DNA of 29,288 nucleotides, from positions 1 to 29,288 of the forward strand of contig CAYNXY010000008.1 in the NCBI GenBank assembly GCA_964401285.1, written 5' to 3'. The stretch is from an uncultured Candidatus Saccharibacteria bacterium (GTDB lineage Bacteria; Patescibacteriota; Minisyncoccia; Minisyncoccales; CAYTKG01). The notes beneath the pieces are model-generated. The model was not told where the DNA came from, did not search any database, and saw nothing but the letters and a program-made list of their open reading frames with translations. A program made the position numbers and the translations under genes. Positions 7,979 to 17,119 of this stretch are shown one piece after another (the stretch's first letter is position 1; every line of letters begins with the position of its first letter).

Positions 7979-9130
7979 TTATGCCGGCTGGATAGGCATC
8001 ACAACGTAAAGATAACTTTCATCTTGAGCCGGCCTTAAAATTGCCGGGCCTTCTTCTTCAGTTTCTTGTTCTTCTTTTTTAGAAAGACCAATCATAACAT
8101 TTGGTTCTTTCACATTGGAAAGCCCTCCGATTAAAAATTTGTAGTTAAAAGAAACTCTGCTTTTTTCACCTTCGATTTGAGCTGGGAAGGAGGAAGAGTA
8201 TTCACCCAGTTCGGGGTTATTGCAGTAAACTTCCACTTCGTCTTTTTTGGGAGAAAAATCAAGGCGGACTTCGTTGATGCGGCTGGCAAACAAGCTGGCT
8301 CTTCTCAGTTCATCCAAAAATTTTTCTCTTGCCACCTCGGCCCGCACCTTCAAGTCGGAAGGGATAATTTCTTTGTAGTCAGGATAATCACCTTCAATAA
8401 GCTTGGAAACAAAACGCATTTCGGGTTTTTCCTGGTCCTCACCATCAAGCTCCACCATGATAAGGTTGGGGGAGAGGTGGAATGTTGAAGGCCTGTCTTC
8501 TTCTTCGCTAAAAACAGCCCTCAGAAAAGAAGCAGCTTTTTGAGGGATAATAAGAGAATTAATCTTAGAAGACGATTCCTTAACAGGAATCTTTTTCTCC
8601 GCCAAGCGAAAAGAATCGGTAGCAGCCATCACGAGAGTCCCATCTTCAAACCTCATAAAAACCCCTGAAAGTTCAGGTTTAATGCTCGAGGAAGAAGCGG
8701 TCCCCGCCACCTGCGAGAGGGCTTCGGAGAAAAGAGACGTAGAAAGGGTCGCGCTGCCGTTTTTTTCAACCTCGGGTAAAACAGGGAACTCCTCAGGGTC
8801 CATAGTATTTATTTTCGTTTCCGTTTTCCCGCATTCCAGGTGGAGATTATTACCTTTAAGCTCCATGTGTACAACAGCACCGGTGGGAAGGTAATTAATA
8901 AAACTGGAAAAAATCCGAGCAGGAATTGTGGTTTTCCCTTTTTTCTCCACCTTGGCCCTTTCCCAAAAATCAACACCAGTTTCAAGATTAGTAGCTGAAA
9001 GGCGCAGAAAGCTATCTTCTGCTTCTAAAAGCACATTACCCAAGATGGGGAGGGAAGCAGAAGAAGAAGCAATTTTCTCAATAATTCCTAAAACTCTTTT
9101 TAATTTTTCCTGCCTTATTGATATTTTCAT
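7979..9130 (-). CDS. dnaN: DNA polymerase III beta sliding clamp
   Basis: MKISIRQEKLKRVLGIIEKIASSSASLPILGNVLLEAED matches DnaN. It lies immediately downstream of dnaA. Confidence 0.93.
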   Translation of the reverse strand: MKISIRQEKLKRVLGIIEKIASSSASLPILGNVLLEAEDSFLRLSATNLETGVDFWERAKVEKKGKTTIPARIFSSFINYLPTGAVVHMELKGNNLHLECGKTETKINTMDPEEFPVLPEVEKNGSATLSTSLFSEALSQVAGTASSSSIKPELSGVFMRFEDGTLVMAATDSFRLAEKKIPVKESSSKINSLIIPQKAASFLRAVFSEEEDRPSTFHLSPNLIMVELDGEDQEKPEMRFVSKLIEGDYPDYKEIIPSDLKVRAEVAREKFLDELRRASLFASRINEVRLDFSPKKDEVEVYCNNPELGEYSSSFPAQIEGEKSRVSFNYKFLIGGLSNVKEPNVMIGLSKKEEQETEEEGPAILRPAQDESYLYVVMPIQPA

Positions 9131-9338
9131 AGCAAATTTTATTAGTAACTATTAATTATTTAAAAATACTTATTGTTGTTATTAATGGTGTGGATAAAAA
9201 TTATTTTAAGTTTATTTGAGGTGGGGAAATTGTTGTGAAGAAAGGGGTGGATAATCTGTAGAAAAAATTGTGGATAAAAACAAGTGCTTTTTATTCAGGA
9301 ATTACTAACAACTATTTTAAGAGGTTTATAACAGGGTT
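9131..9338. promoter_or_regulatory. Candidate oriC segment. DnaA boxes TGTGGATAA at 9189-9197 and 9269-9277 are perfect complements of TTATCCACA. GGTGGATAA at 9246-9254 has one mismatch. The AT-rich stretch 9131-9185 is a putative DNA-unwinding element.
   Basis: Consensus DnaA boxes read directly. The dnaA-dnaN intergenic position is the classic origin location. Confidence 0.7.
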
Positions 9339-10703
9339 TTACACACCCAAAAGCCGCATGTTTATAAGCTTGATATCTTTTTGTAATCCCTCGTCGTCTT
9401 TCAATTTTTTATTTATTTTATTGCAGGCATAGATAGCGGTGGTGTGGTCTTTCCCGCCCAAATGCTTAGCAATGGAAGGGTAGGATGATTCTAATTTTTC
9501 TCGGATAAGATACATCGCTACTTGGCGGGGTTTTACTATTTCTCTTTTACGCGAACTGGAACAAATGTCGTTTTTAGATATATTGTAAAAATCGGAAACA
9601 ACCTCCACGATTTTTTCCGGGGTTACTTTTTCTTCCGGCCCGGCTGTAAAGTCCTTTACCAGTTCTTTTACTTTTCCCATCTTTACCTTGTCATCTTTTA
9701 CCTTGTAGAAAAGTATGATCCTGTTGAGCGCTCCTTCCAGTTCTCTGATGTTTGTTTTTATGTTGCTGGCCAAATATTCGTAAACTTTCTGGGGGAGTTT
9801 GATGTTTTTTTCCTGGGCCTTGGTTTTTAAAATGGCGATTCTTGTTTCAAGGTCCGGGAAACTGATGTCGGCAATCATGCCGCCTTCAAACCGGGAACGA
9901 AGCCGTTTCGCCAAAGACCCGATTGCTTTTGGTGGCCGGTCCGAAGAAAGAATAATCTGTTTATCGTTTTGGTACAAGGCGTTAAAGATATGGAAGAATT
10001 CCTCTTGTGTTTTTTCTTTCCCTGCCAAAAATTGAACGTCATCAACGATGAGAAGGTTGATATCTCTATATTCTCGCTTCAGTGACTCGATGGTGCCGTC
10101 TCTTATGGAATTTATAATATTTGACACCAGCCGTTCGCTGGGTAAGTATTTCACCTTTTTTCGTGGTGATTCTTTTAAAGTTTCATTTCCCACTGCCTGT
10201 AAAAGGTGGGTTTTCCCCAGCCCGACACGGCCGTAGATAAAAAGCGGGTTGTAAAGGGAGCCGGGTTTTTCAACCACGGCTGTTGCTGCGGCATGGGCTA
10301 ACTCGTTGAAACCTCCAACTATAAAATTTTCAAAAGTGTAGTGTTGGTTTAGGCCTGTTTTTTTGTTTTTGATGAGGTCATCCAGCCGTGTCTGGCTGAT
10401 TTCTGCTTCTTCCGTTTCTTGTTCTGTTGAAGATCCCCGAGACGGTTGGTTGCGCATTTCTTGGTCCACCAAGAATTCGATTTCTTTAACGTTTTTGTCA
10501 ATGTTTTTTGCTACTTTTAAAACATCCTCCTTGTATTTTTTATCAAGCCATTCTTTAACAAAAGAGTTAGGGACAGAGACAAGAAGCTTGTTTTTTTTAC
10601 GGTCGCAGGCCCTGGTATTTTTGAACCAAGTGGCAAAGTTGGCAGGAGAAAGGTCCAACTCTATTTGGGCTAGAACCGCTTGCCAAAATGAGTTTTGGGG
10701 CAT
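9339..10703 (-). CDS. dnaA: Chromosomal replication initiator DnaA
   Basis: AAA+ Walker A GRVGLGKTHLL, the sensor and box VII regions, and the C-terminal DNA-binding helix ...HTTAIYACNKI. Confidence 0.95.
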   Translation of the reverse strand: MPQNSFWQAVLAQIELDLSPANFATWFKNTRACDRKKNKLLVSVPNSFVKEWLDKKYKEDVLKVAKNIDKNVKEIEFLVDQEMRNQPSRGSSTEQETEEAEISQTRLDDLIKNKKTGLNQHYTFENFIVGGFNELAHAAATAVVEKPGSLYNPLFIYGRVGLGKTHLLQAVGNETLKESPRKKVKYLPSERLVSNIINSIRDGTIESLKREYRDINLLIVDDVQFLAGKEKTQEEFFHIFNALYQNDKQIILSSDRPPKAIGSLAKRLRSRFEGGMIADISFPDLETRIAILKTKAQEKNIKLPQKVYEYLASNIKTNIRELEGALNRIILFYKVKDDKVKMGKVKELVKDFTAGPEEKVTPEKIVEVVSDFYNISKNDICSSSRKREIVKPRQVAMYLIREKLESSYPSIAKHLGGKDHTTAIYACNKINKKLKDDEGLQKDIKLINMRLLGV

Positions 10704-10832
10704 GTTAAAAACCTGTGAATTACTCTGATTAACATTTATAAAGTTTCAAAAAAATGTGTTTGAGAGAATAGGTGAGGGGTTAAATAATTGATTTCAGTAT
10801 AACATAATTTAACTTGAGCGCTAGATCTGGAG

Positions 10833-10889
10833 TTTTCCACAAGATTTAGCTTAAATGTGGAAAAACCTGTGGAAAAGTATTGTGGAAAA
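10833..10889. promoter_or_regulatory. DnaA-box-like cluster upstream of dnaA: TTTTCCACA at 10833-10841 and three direct TGTGGAAAA repeats at 10856, 10868 and 10881. These fit the relaxed TTWTNCACA consensus. Possible dnaA autoregulation or second half of a bipartite oriC.
   Basis: Four 9-mers read directly. They lie between the divergent dnaA and rnpA genes. Confidence 0.6.
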
Positions 10890-10986
10890 CTTGTTGATAG
10901 TTTTTATTTTCTTTGATTGATAAAAATGTGTTTTCTTGTTAAACTTCTTAAGTAGCGAGATAGGGGGAAAACAGTAGCACGTCATT

Positions 10987-11322
10987 ATGTTACCTAAAAA
11001 AAACAGATTGAAAAAGGAAAAGGATTTTAAGAAGGTTTTAAGAGAGGGAAAAGGGCTTAAAAGTCGCTCTCTTTTTCTTAAAGTGTTGGGAAAAAGCGAA
11101 GGAGCCACCCGGTTTGGATTTGTTGTTTCTAAAAAAGTGTCCAACAAGGCCTCAGACCGCAATAAAATCAAAAGGTGGCTTAGGGAGACGGTGCGTCCCT
11201 TGCTTTCAGAAATAAAAGAGCCTGTGGACGGAGTGATTATTGCTTTCCCGGAGTCGAAAAATAAAAGCTTTGAGGAGATTAATAAAGAGGTTAAAATGTT
11301 ATTTAAAAGAGCCGCATTATGA
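10987..11322 (+). CDS. rnpA: RNase P protein component
   Basis: RLKKEKDFKKVLREGK...RFGFVVSKKV...DRNKIKRWLRE is RnpA-like. It is followed by yidC with a 4-nt ATGA overlap. Confidence 0.85.
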   Translation: MLPKKNRLKKEKDFKKVLREGKGLKSRSLFLKVLGKSEGATRFGFVVSKKVSNKASDRNKIKRWLRETVRPLLSEIKEPVDGVIIAFPESKNKSFEEINKEVKMLFKRAAL

Positions 11323-11972
11323 ATATTTTTAATACACTTTTTTATCAACCGTTGCTTAACGCACTGTTATTTTTGTATGAGCTGCAGCCGGCGGGGCTGG
11401 GGGGAGCTGTCATTCTTTTGACTCTTCTCATAAAGATTGCCCTTTTTCCTTTGAATAGAAAATCAATAAAATCTCAAAAAGCTCTTTCCAAATTGCAGCC
11501 GAAGCTTAAGAAGCTGCAAAAAAAATACAAAGATGACAAAGAAAAACTAGGCCGGGAGATAATGGCTCTTTATAAAAAGGCGGGGGTTAACCCTTTCTCC
11601 TCTCTTCTGCTTTTGGTGGTGCAGACACCAATCCTTATTATGCTTTATCGAGTTTTTAGAGAGGCCCCGAAAAGAGAAGGTATAAACCCTTATTTTTTAA
11701 CCCTGAATCTTTCCACGTCAAATACTTTCTTGGCAATAGGCGGGGCTTTATTCTTTTTTATCCAAATGAAATTTACGACTCCGAAATCGAACCCAGGAGA
11801 CAAGAAGGGCACTGACTTCCAAGAGATGTTTCAAAAACAGATGCAGTATTTTTTTCCTGTTTTTATCTTTTTTATTCTTTTAAAGGTGCCTTCCGCTATT
11901 GCTCTTTACCTTGTGGTAAGCGGGCTGCTTTCCATTTTAGAGAATTATATTATTAAAAACGAAGTGTTTTGA
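11319..11972 (+). CDS. yidC: Membrane protein insertase YidC (short form)
   Basis: YidC/Oxa1 core (LLIKIALFPLNRKSIKSQKAL...LYKKAGVNPF), five TM helices, and synteny with rnpA. Confidence 0.85.
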   Translation: MNIFNTLFYQPLLNALLFLYELQPAGLGGAVILLTLLIKIALFPLNRKSIKSQKALSKLQPKLKKLQKKYKDDKEKLGREIMALYKKAGVNPFSSLLLLVVQTPILIMLYRVFREAPKREGINPYFLTLNLSTSNTFLAIGGALFFFIQMKFTTPKSNPGDKKGTDFQEMFQKQMQYFFPVFIFFILLKVPSAIALYLVVSGLLSILENYIIKNEVF

Positions 11973-12016
11973 CTTTCCTTGTTTTTTAACTTATTCTAGA
12001 ATCAACAGAAAAGATT

Positions 12017-12478
12017 ATGCCTTTATCTAAAAAGAACTTGAAAAAAATAGAAAAAGAGACAAAAGAATTATTTAAAGAAATGGGGTTCGACGTGCGGCTT
12101 ACCTCTTGCTCACAAGAGGATGACACGGTTTTTGTTAATGTTAAATCCAGCGAACCGCGGGTTCTTATTGGAAAAAGGGGAGAGGCCCTGCGAGCGGCTC
12201 AGCGTATTTTAAGAGTTATTCTTCTTCGGGAACTGGACACTCATTTTTATCTGCAGCTTGACATTAACGGATACAAGGAAAAGAAAATTCAGTACTTGTG
12301 CGAGATTGCAAACGAGATTGCAGACGAGGTTGCGCTCAGTCAAAAGCCAGAGCCGCTGGTGCCAATGTGCGCTTATGAAAGGAGAGTTATTCACATGGAA
12401 CTTTCGGAGAGGGCTGATGTTACCACCGAAAGCGAGGGAGAAGAACCAAAAAGAAGAGTAGTAGTGAAACCGGCCTGA
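12017..12478 (+). CDS. jag: Jag/KhpB-like KH plus R3H RNA-binding protein
   Basis: KH-like VLIGKRGEALRAAQRIL and R3H-like RRVIHMEL. Position downstream of yidC. Confidence 0.75.
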   Translation: MPLSKKNLKKIEKETKELFKEMGFDVRLTSCSQEDDTVFVNVKSSEPRVLIGKRGEALRAAQRILRVILLRELDTHFYLQLDINGYKEKKIQYLCEIANEIADEVALSQKPEPLVPMCAYERRVIHMELSERADVTTESEGEEPKRRVVVKPA

Positions 12479-12510
12479 TTTAGAATAATTTAATTTTGCA
12501 GATTTTTAAA

Positions 12511-12541
12511 AAAAGAGCGGGAAACCGCTCTTTTTTCTTTT
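12511..12541. terminator. Bidirectional rho-independent terminator: AGAGCGG-gaaa-CCGCTCT with flanking A and T tracts
   Basis: Stem 12514-12520 pairs with 12525-12531 around a GNRA loop. T-run 12531-12541. The hairpin sits between the convergent jag gene and the accessory minus-strand operon. Confidence 0.8.
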
Positions 12542-12606
12542 TGGTTACGATGGGCCATTTTCGCGCGCAAACCCCTACACGTTGGGCTACAAGTTTTAAA
12601 ATGCGA

Positions 12607-14115
12607 TTAAGGTGTCAGGTCTTCGATAGATGTTCTTAGGTCGGGGATGACGATGAAAGATGAGAGACAATCTTCGCATCCCCAATTGGATGTTATACAA
12701 TTACAGCGGCCGATAGGGTTATCTCGAAGGTTGGAATCACTTTCTTTAAAGACCTCACATTTACCGCTAAAATCTTTTTCTTCTAAAAGAATTGCGGTAT
12801 AACTCCCGTCAATAATGATAGAAGAGATGCTGTCTTCCTCTATACCCTTATCGTTTACATTGATGCTTGTAATTGAACGAGTCATGGCATCGAGAGACAA
12901 CTCTTTTTGATAAGGGCCGTAGCAACCCTCCTCTCCTCTTTGTGCGTTCGGTTCTTCACATAACCAGACGCCACCTGAAAGATCTTCCTCTTCCTCGTAG
13001 GGCACCCTCATAAAGATAGTAACAGAAGAAACATCTTTGTCTACGGGGCTGCCTGTGATACTGGTTACAGAGGTAAGCTCTTTAGTGTGGTAGATGACAT
13101 GACACTTACCGGTGTGGTCTGGGTTTTCATGCAATACTACTCCGTACCAATAATAAGGAAAATTACAGTAATATTGTGTCTCGCCGCTTTCTGTTGTGAG
13201 GTCCCACTTAACAATTTTTTCGTAGTGGCGAGAAGAAAAGCATTCCGCATTTCTTTCTTCTGAGGTAGAGAAGGGACCTTTTACTTTATAAGCGGGCACG
13301 ATTTTGACGCCTAGCACTTCATCTTCGATTTCCGAATCCAGAAGAGCTGTCCCGCTACGCAAAAAAACTTCTTTACCCTTACATATATTTGTTTCAAGTT
13401 CGGGGTCTACTGTGTAATTTTCGCTACAGAGGTAAACACCAGGTAATTTATAAATAAACCTAATCGAGTTTATTGGTTGGTTGGCGTTGTAACAGTCACC
13501 GGCACTCTTATAACTACTTGTTGCTTGAATGTTACTGCTTACAATCTTTGGTTCACCTTTGTAGTCCGTGTTAGGGTAAAGACGAACTTCAAGTTGTCCT
13601 GGAGGGGAAAGAAAACGGATTGATGTGGTATTGTCGGGGGAATCAACATCAGGATTGTTCTGGGTTATTATTTTTTCCTCTCCGGTGCAGTTCTCGTCAG
13701 CGTAAACGATAACCCCTCCTATTGGCCGAGCTTCTGTCTTAGGAATTACAAGTTGAGGGTTGATGGTTTTAGAAAGGAGGAATGAGCCGAGCACTATTGC
13801 TCCCCCTAAAAAAGCCATCTGGACCCTGTTTTTTGCTTTTTGGTGTTGAGTTGGGCTGCCGGCTGAAGTAACAAAAAGAAACCCAGCGTAAACAAGCGAG
13901 GCAAAGCAAAACAAGCCGGAAACAGATATGACGAGCCAAAAAACATATTTTATGTAATCCGGCAAACCCATTTCTATATCGACCGGGGTTTCTATGTCTC
14001 CCGGCCCGGGTGGATAATTTATCTCTGTTTCCCGGACGGCAAAAGAAAAAGTCGGGAGTAAAAGAAGCGCGAGCGCCACTGCTGTCAGCGTAAATTTTCC
14101 TAAAACATTGTTCAT
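12607..14115 (-). CDS. Secreted protein: signal peptide, then a VirB2/TrbC-like two-helix pilin module, then a large Cys-rich extracellular domain. Paralogue of 17120-18796.
   Basis: The signal peptide ends ...SFA|VRE. Conserved block ETEINYPPGPG...LPDYIKYVFWLVISVSGLFCFASLVYAGF...AFLGGAIVLGSFLLSKTINPQL aligns with the N-terminus of the 558-aa protein. About 23 Cys lie in the C-terminal 400 aa. Confidence 0.55.
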   Translation of the reverse strand: MNNVLGKFTLTAVALALLLLPTFSFAVRETEINYPPGPGDIETPVDIEMGLPDYIKYVFWLVISVSGLFCFASLVYAGFLFVTSAGSPTQHQKAKNRVQMAFLGGAIVLGSFLLSKTINPQLVIPKTEARPIGGVIVYADENCTGEEKIITQNNPDVDSPDNTTSIRFLSPPGQLEVRLYPNTDYKGEPKIVSSNIQATSSYKSAGDCYNANQPINSIRFIYKLPGVYLCSENYTVDPELETNICKGKEVFLRSGTALLDSEIEDEVLGVKIVPAYKVKGPFSTSEERNAECFSSRHYEKIVKWDLTTESGETQYYCNFPYYWYGVVLHENPDHTGKCHVIYHTKELTSVTSITGSPVDKDVSSVTIFMRVPYEEEEDLSGGVWLCEEPNAQRGEEGCYGPYQKELSLDAMTRSITSINVNDKGIEEDSISSIIIDGSYTAILLEEKDFSGKCEVFKESDSNLRDNPIGRCNCITSNWGCEDCLSSFIVIPDLRTSIEDLTP

Positions 14116-14137
14116 ATTCTTATTTTAAAAATTTATT

Positions 14138-15412
14138 TTAAAAACTGCAACAATAAAAGTCATCTGCGTTTGGAGCCGGGTAGCGCGGAGTTATTCCCAC
14201 TGCTTCCATTGCCTGGCCGTAATAATACCCGTAACAGCCCTCAGTCGGCACCCCTTCAAGGGGTAGTCCATTTTCGTCTAACCCGTCTTTAGAAATAAAA
14301 GAGTGGGGAATAACATCCATGTCTTTAAGGTCGCGGCACCCCATAAAACCATATTCCGCTTTTTCTCCCCTTAAAACTGCTTCTATTAGATAGGGTTCGC
14401 TTACACACTCGGACATTCTTATTCTGGCTTTGTCGAGGTAGCCGTAAGTGAAAGGGATGGGGTCTCCGTCCTCATTTTTTTCAACTGAAGTGTGCCACGC
14501 GGAAGGGGTGATGCAATAAATATTTTTGTAATCTTCCATTTCAAGGCAGATTTTTCTTGCCGCCTCCTCCCAGCCGGACAACCCGTTCCAATCTCTGTGC
14601 GGTCCCGAGTCCATGCTGTTTAGGGCAGCGCTCAACCAAGCGGGGATGTATTCCAGATAACTTGCCAGGTAGTTTCTAATTTGGCTGCTGGTTGGTTCTT
14701 CAACCTTTCCTCCATTTACGTAAATACCGTATTGTTCGTTGTAAAGAAGCAGGGGGTAGAAAAATTCTTCAAAATAGGTGCGTTCAATTTTAGTGTGATA
14801 CGTATCTATTGCAGCGTCAAGTGGTTTTATCCCATCAACCTTCCCCTTGATAGATGCTGCTATGTCAGCGCAGTCCCCTTTACAGGGCTCATCTATACAT
14901 TCCGCGCAAGTGTGACAGCAACACGTAGGAGCAGTATAGCTCGCCGGAGGAGTGCTGGTGCAAAGACCGCAGGTATGCCCGTCTCCGCATCCCCCATCAC
15001 CCCAGTAAGGCGAGCAGTCCCAGGTGCGCTTATGGCAATCGGACTGGCAAACTCCTACCTCACACCCTTGGCTTTCGGCAAGAATTTCTTCAGCGAGGAC
15101 AATTTCTGCCCGCGCATTGTCTAAAATCTTTTGAGACCAGATTATAATATCATCGGCCATCTTTTCCGTATAGTCGGTAGAGCGGCCTATGGGAATTTCT
15201 GACGTGTTTTCTATGAGTTCTTTTTTTTCTCTGGGTTTTAATAAGCGGAGGTTGATTTCTTCTGTTTCTTCACATAAAAAATTTATCTCAGAAAGAGATG
15301 TTTCTTGAGCTAGAATAATGTTTTCTAAAAGAAAGTTACCGGCCAGGGCAACACTTAAAAACGTTAAAACCAGGCCGCACTTTATTATTCTTTTTTTGAT
15401 ATTTTTTGTCAT
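14138..15412 (-). CDS. Secreted Cys-rich protein of unknown function
   Basis: N-terminal signal peptide. Dense Cys cluster CEVGVCQSDCHKRTWDCSPYWGDGGCGDGHTCGLCTS...CCCHTCAEC...CKGDC. C-terminal CCSF. Confidence 0.5.
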   Translation of the reverse strand: MTKNIKKRIIKCGLVLTFLSVALAGNFLLENIILAQETSLSEINFLCEETEEINLRLLKPREKKELIENTSEIPIGRSTDYTEKMADDIIIWSQKILDNARAEIVLAEEILAESQGCEVGVCQSDCHKRTWDCSPYWGDGGCGDGHTCGLCTSTPPASYTAPTCCCHTCAECIDEPCKGDCADIAASIKGKVDGIKPLDAAIDTYHTKIERTYFEEFFYPLLLYNEQYGIYVNGGKVEEPTSSQIRNYLASYLEYIPAWLSAALNSMDSGPHRDWNGLSGWEEAARKICLEMEDYKNIYCITPSAWHTSVEKNEDGDPIPFTYGYLDKARIRMSECVSEPYLIEAVLRGEKAEYGFMGCRDLKDMDVIPHSFISKDGLDENGLPLEGVPTEGCYGYYYGQAMEAVGITPRYPAPNADDFYCCSF

Positions 15413-15454
15413 TTTGCGATTAAGTTCGCTTTAAAAATCAGCTGAATTAGGGTT

Positions 15455-17107
15455 TTACCAACAATGCCCGGCCGGGTCACCGGTGCAGGGGCATTCATTA
15501 TATCTGGGATCGCAGGCAGTTGGAGAACACCCTCCTCGATAGCAGAAATCATTTTCGGAGAGACCTAAAGAAGAGGGGGTGCCGAAAACCCCTTCCGGGT
15601 CTACCGGCCATCCATTTTTGCGGACTTCGAAGTGGAGGTGAGGGCCGAAAGAAGTGGTGCCGGTGCACCCCACCCGGCCTATAGGGTCACCCGTTTTTAC
15701 TTTTTGGCCGGGGGCAACTGTGAAGCTTCCTTTTATCATGTGAGCATAATAAGTTGACCAGGCGGCATCGCTTTCTATCCCACCGTGTTGTATTCTTACC
15801 CAGCAGCCGTATCCCCCTGAGTTATTGCAACTTGAGATATCTACTGTACCGTCCAGGGCGGCATGGATGGCTCTTCCACATTCGGCAGTAAGGTCCCAGG
15901 CGTTGACGGAACCGCGTCGCAGGTGGTCACCAGCGTCGCTGCTTAAAACTGTTGGGGAATAAATGGGGAGCTGCCACCCCTCGGAGGTGGGGTAAGGTTC
16001 TCCTTCTTCCGGGATTTGGGAAGCATCGGGGAAATCGTCGTGGTCAACGGCATTGACAACCTTTCTTTCCACTTCGTGGATCAACCCAATTTGGCCGTCT
16101 TGTAAAACATAAAAGTTACCAGCGTCCTCTGGCCAGTCAGTGCCCATTTCATCTTCAGATGAACGGGACTCACATTCGGGAGTGGCCCAATTTTCTATTA
16201 AAGGTTCGTTGGGGCCGATGATTACATAAACATCGCTTGCCGCATAACTGTTTATGGTGTTGATTGCATCTATTAGGGCTTGCGGGTCATCAAAACCGCC
16301 GCTGTCATCTCCCACACCAATTCTTACAATGGGAGTCACCCCTCTCCCTATTGCATCTTCAATACCTTGTTTAACAGAGCCCGTTATCTCCATGGCGTTT
16401 CCTATTTCCAAAGAGTAATCCATGCCGTAACCGTCTGCTTTAGAGTAAAGGTCTTCGTGGTAGTAATAAGCAGCGGAGTTGGCACCTACTCTCGAGGAGC
16501 TGCACTTGCTGAAGAGCAGGTTGAGCTCTTCGTCGGACATTGATTGCTCCTTAAAATCGTCGTTGTGGCCAAAAACATTAAAAATTAAACCGCCTTCTAT
16601 ATTTTTTTCAGGAAACTTATTAATTTCTTGGGCCAGCTCGTTTATTACTCTTTCCCTGTCGCCCACCAAGTGAGGATACCAGCCGATTTCTGTAAGGATG
16701 ATGTTTCTTTTTTTAACAACAGCGGGGGCTTCATCCACCCACGTGGTAATTCTTTTCCCGGAAGTGTTGTAGGCGTTGCCCGCCACAAGATAAAAACTAC
16801 CCAACCCTTCTTCGTATCCTTTTTCCGCGAGGGCTTCGTCCAGCTGAGTGGCAAAAGAGCTGAATTTTGGGTCGGTCATATTAAAAACGGGGGATAGGAA
16901 CTTAACGTTTCCCGACCCTCTTGTGCCAAATTCGTCAAACACTTGGGAGATATAGTCCGCAAGCCCGGAGGCGATACAGGCAGTGTCCTGGGCTTGGGTC
17001 TTAGCGGGGGCAAGAAAAGTGGGGTAAAGACAAACTCCAAGAATTACAAAAGCAAAAAACAGAGTGCCGGCTTTAAAGATATTATTTTTATTCTTTTTCC
17101 CCTTCAT
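15455..17107 (-). CDS. Secreted cell-wall hydrolase. Signal-anchor, a central domain of unknown fold that may be glycosidase-like, a C-terminal M23 (LytM) metallopeptidase, and a Cys-rich tail.
   Basis: M23 motifs HAALDGTVD (HxxxD) and GCTGTTSFGPHLHFEV (HxH). The locally higher GC content is a visual impression only. Confidence 0.7.
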   Translation of the reverse strand: MKGKKNKNNIFKAGTLFFAFVILGVCLYPTFLAPAKTQAQDTACIASGLADYISQVFDEFGTRGSGNVKFLSPVFNMTDPKFSSFATQLDEALAEKGYEEGLGSFYLVAGNAYNTSGKRITTWVDEAPAVVKKRNIILTEIGWYPHLVGDRERVINELAQEINKFPEKNIEGGLIFNVFGHNDDFKEQSMSDEELNLLFSKCSSSRVGANSAAYYYHEDLYSKADGYGMDYSLEIGNAMEITGSVKQGIEDAIGRGVTPIVRIGVGDDSGGFDDPQALIDAINTINSYAASDVYVIIGPNEPLIENWATPECESRSSEDEMGTDWPEDAGNFYVLQDGQIGLIHEVERKVVNAVDHDDFPDASQIPEEGEPYPTSEGWQLPIYSPTVLSSDAGDHLRRGSVNAWDLTAECGRAIHAALDGTVDISSCNNSGGYGCWVRIQHGGIESDAAWSTYYAHMIKGSFTVAPGQKVKTGDPIGRVGCTGTTSFGPHLHFEVRKNGWPVDPEGVFGTPSSLGLSENDFCYRGGCSPTACDPRYNECPCTGDPAGHCW

Positions 17108-17119
17108 TTACTTTTATCT

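Noticed and set aside
10704-10986. Search for rpmH (L34) between dnaA and rnpA
   Set aside because: No ORF encoding a Lys/Arg-rich peptide of about 45 aa is present on either strand. The gene appears to be absent from this spacer.
10851-11348. 165-aa minus-strand ORF overlapping rnpA and the DnaA-box cluster
   Set aside because: It is antisense to a well-supported rnpA and spans the regulatory box cluster. No recognisable domain.
15455-17107. GH5 glycosidase assignment for the central domain of the 550-aa hydrolase
   Set aside because: The NEP-like and TE(I)G-like motifs occur in the opposite order to GH5 strands beta-4 and beta-7. Only an unspecified possible glycosidase-like domain is reported.
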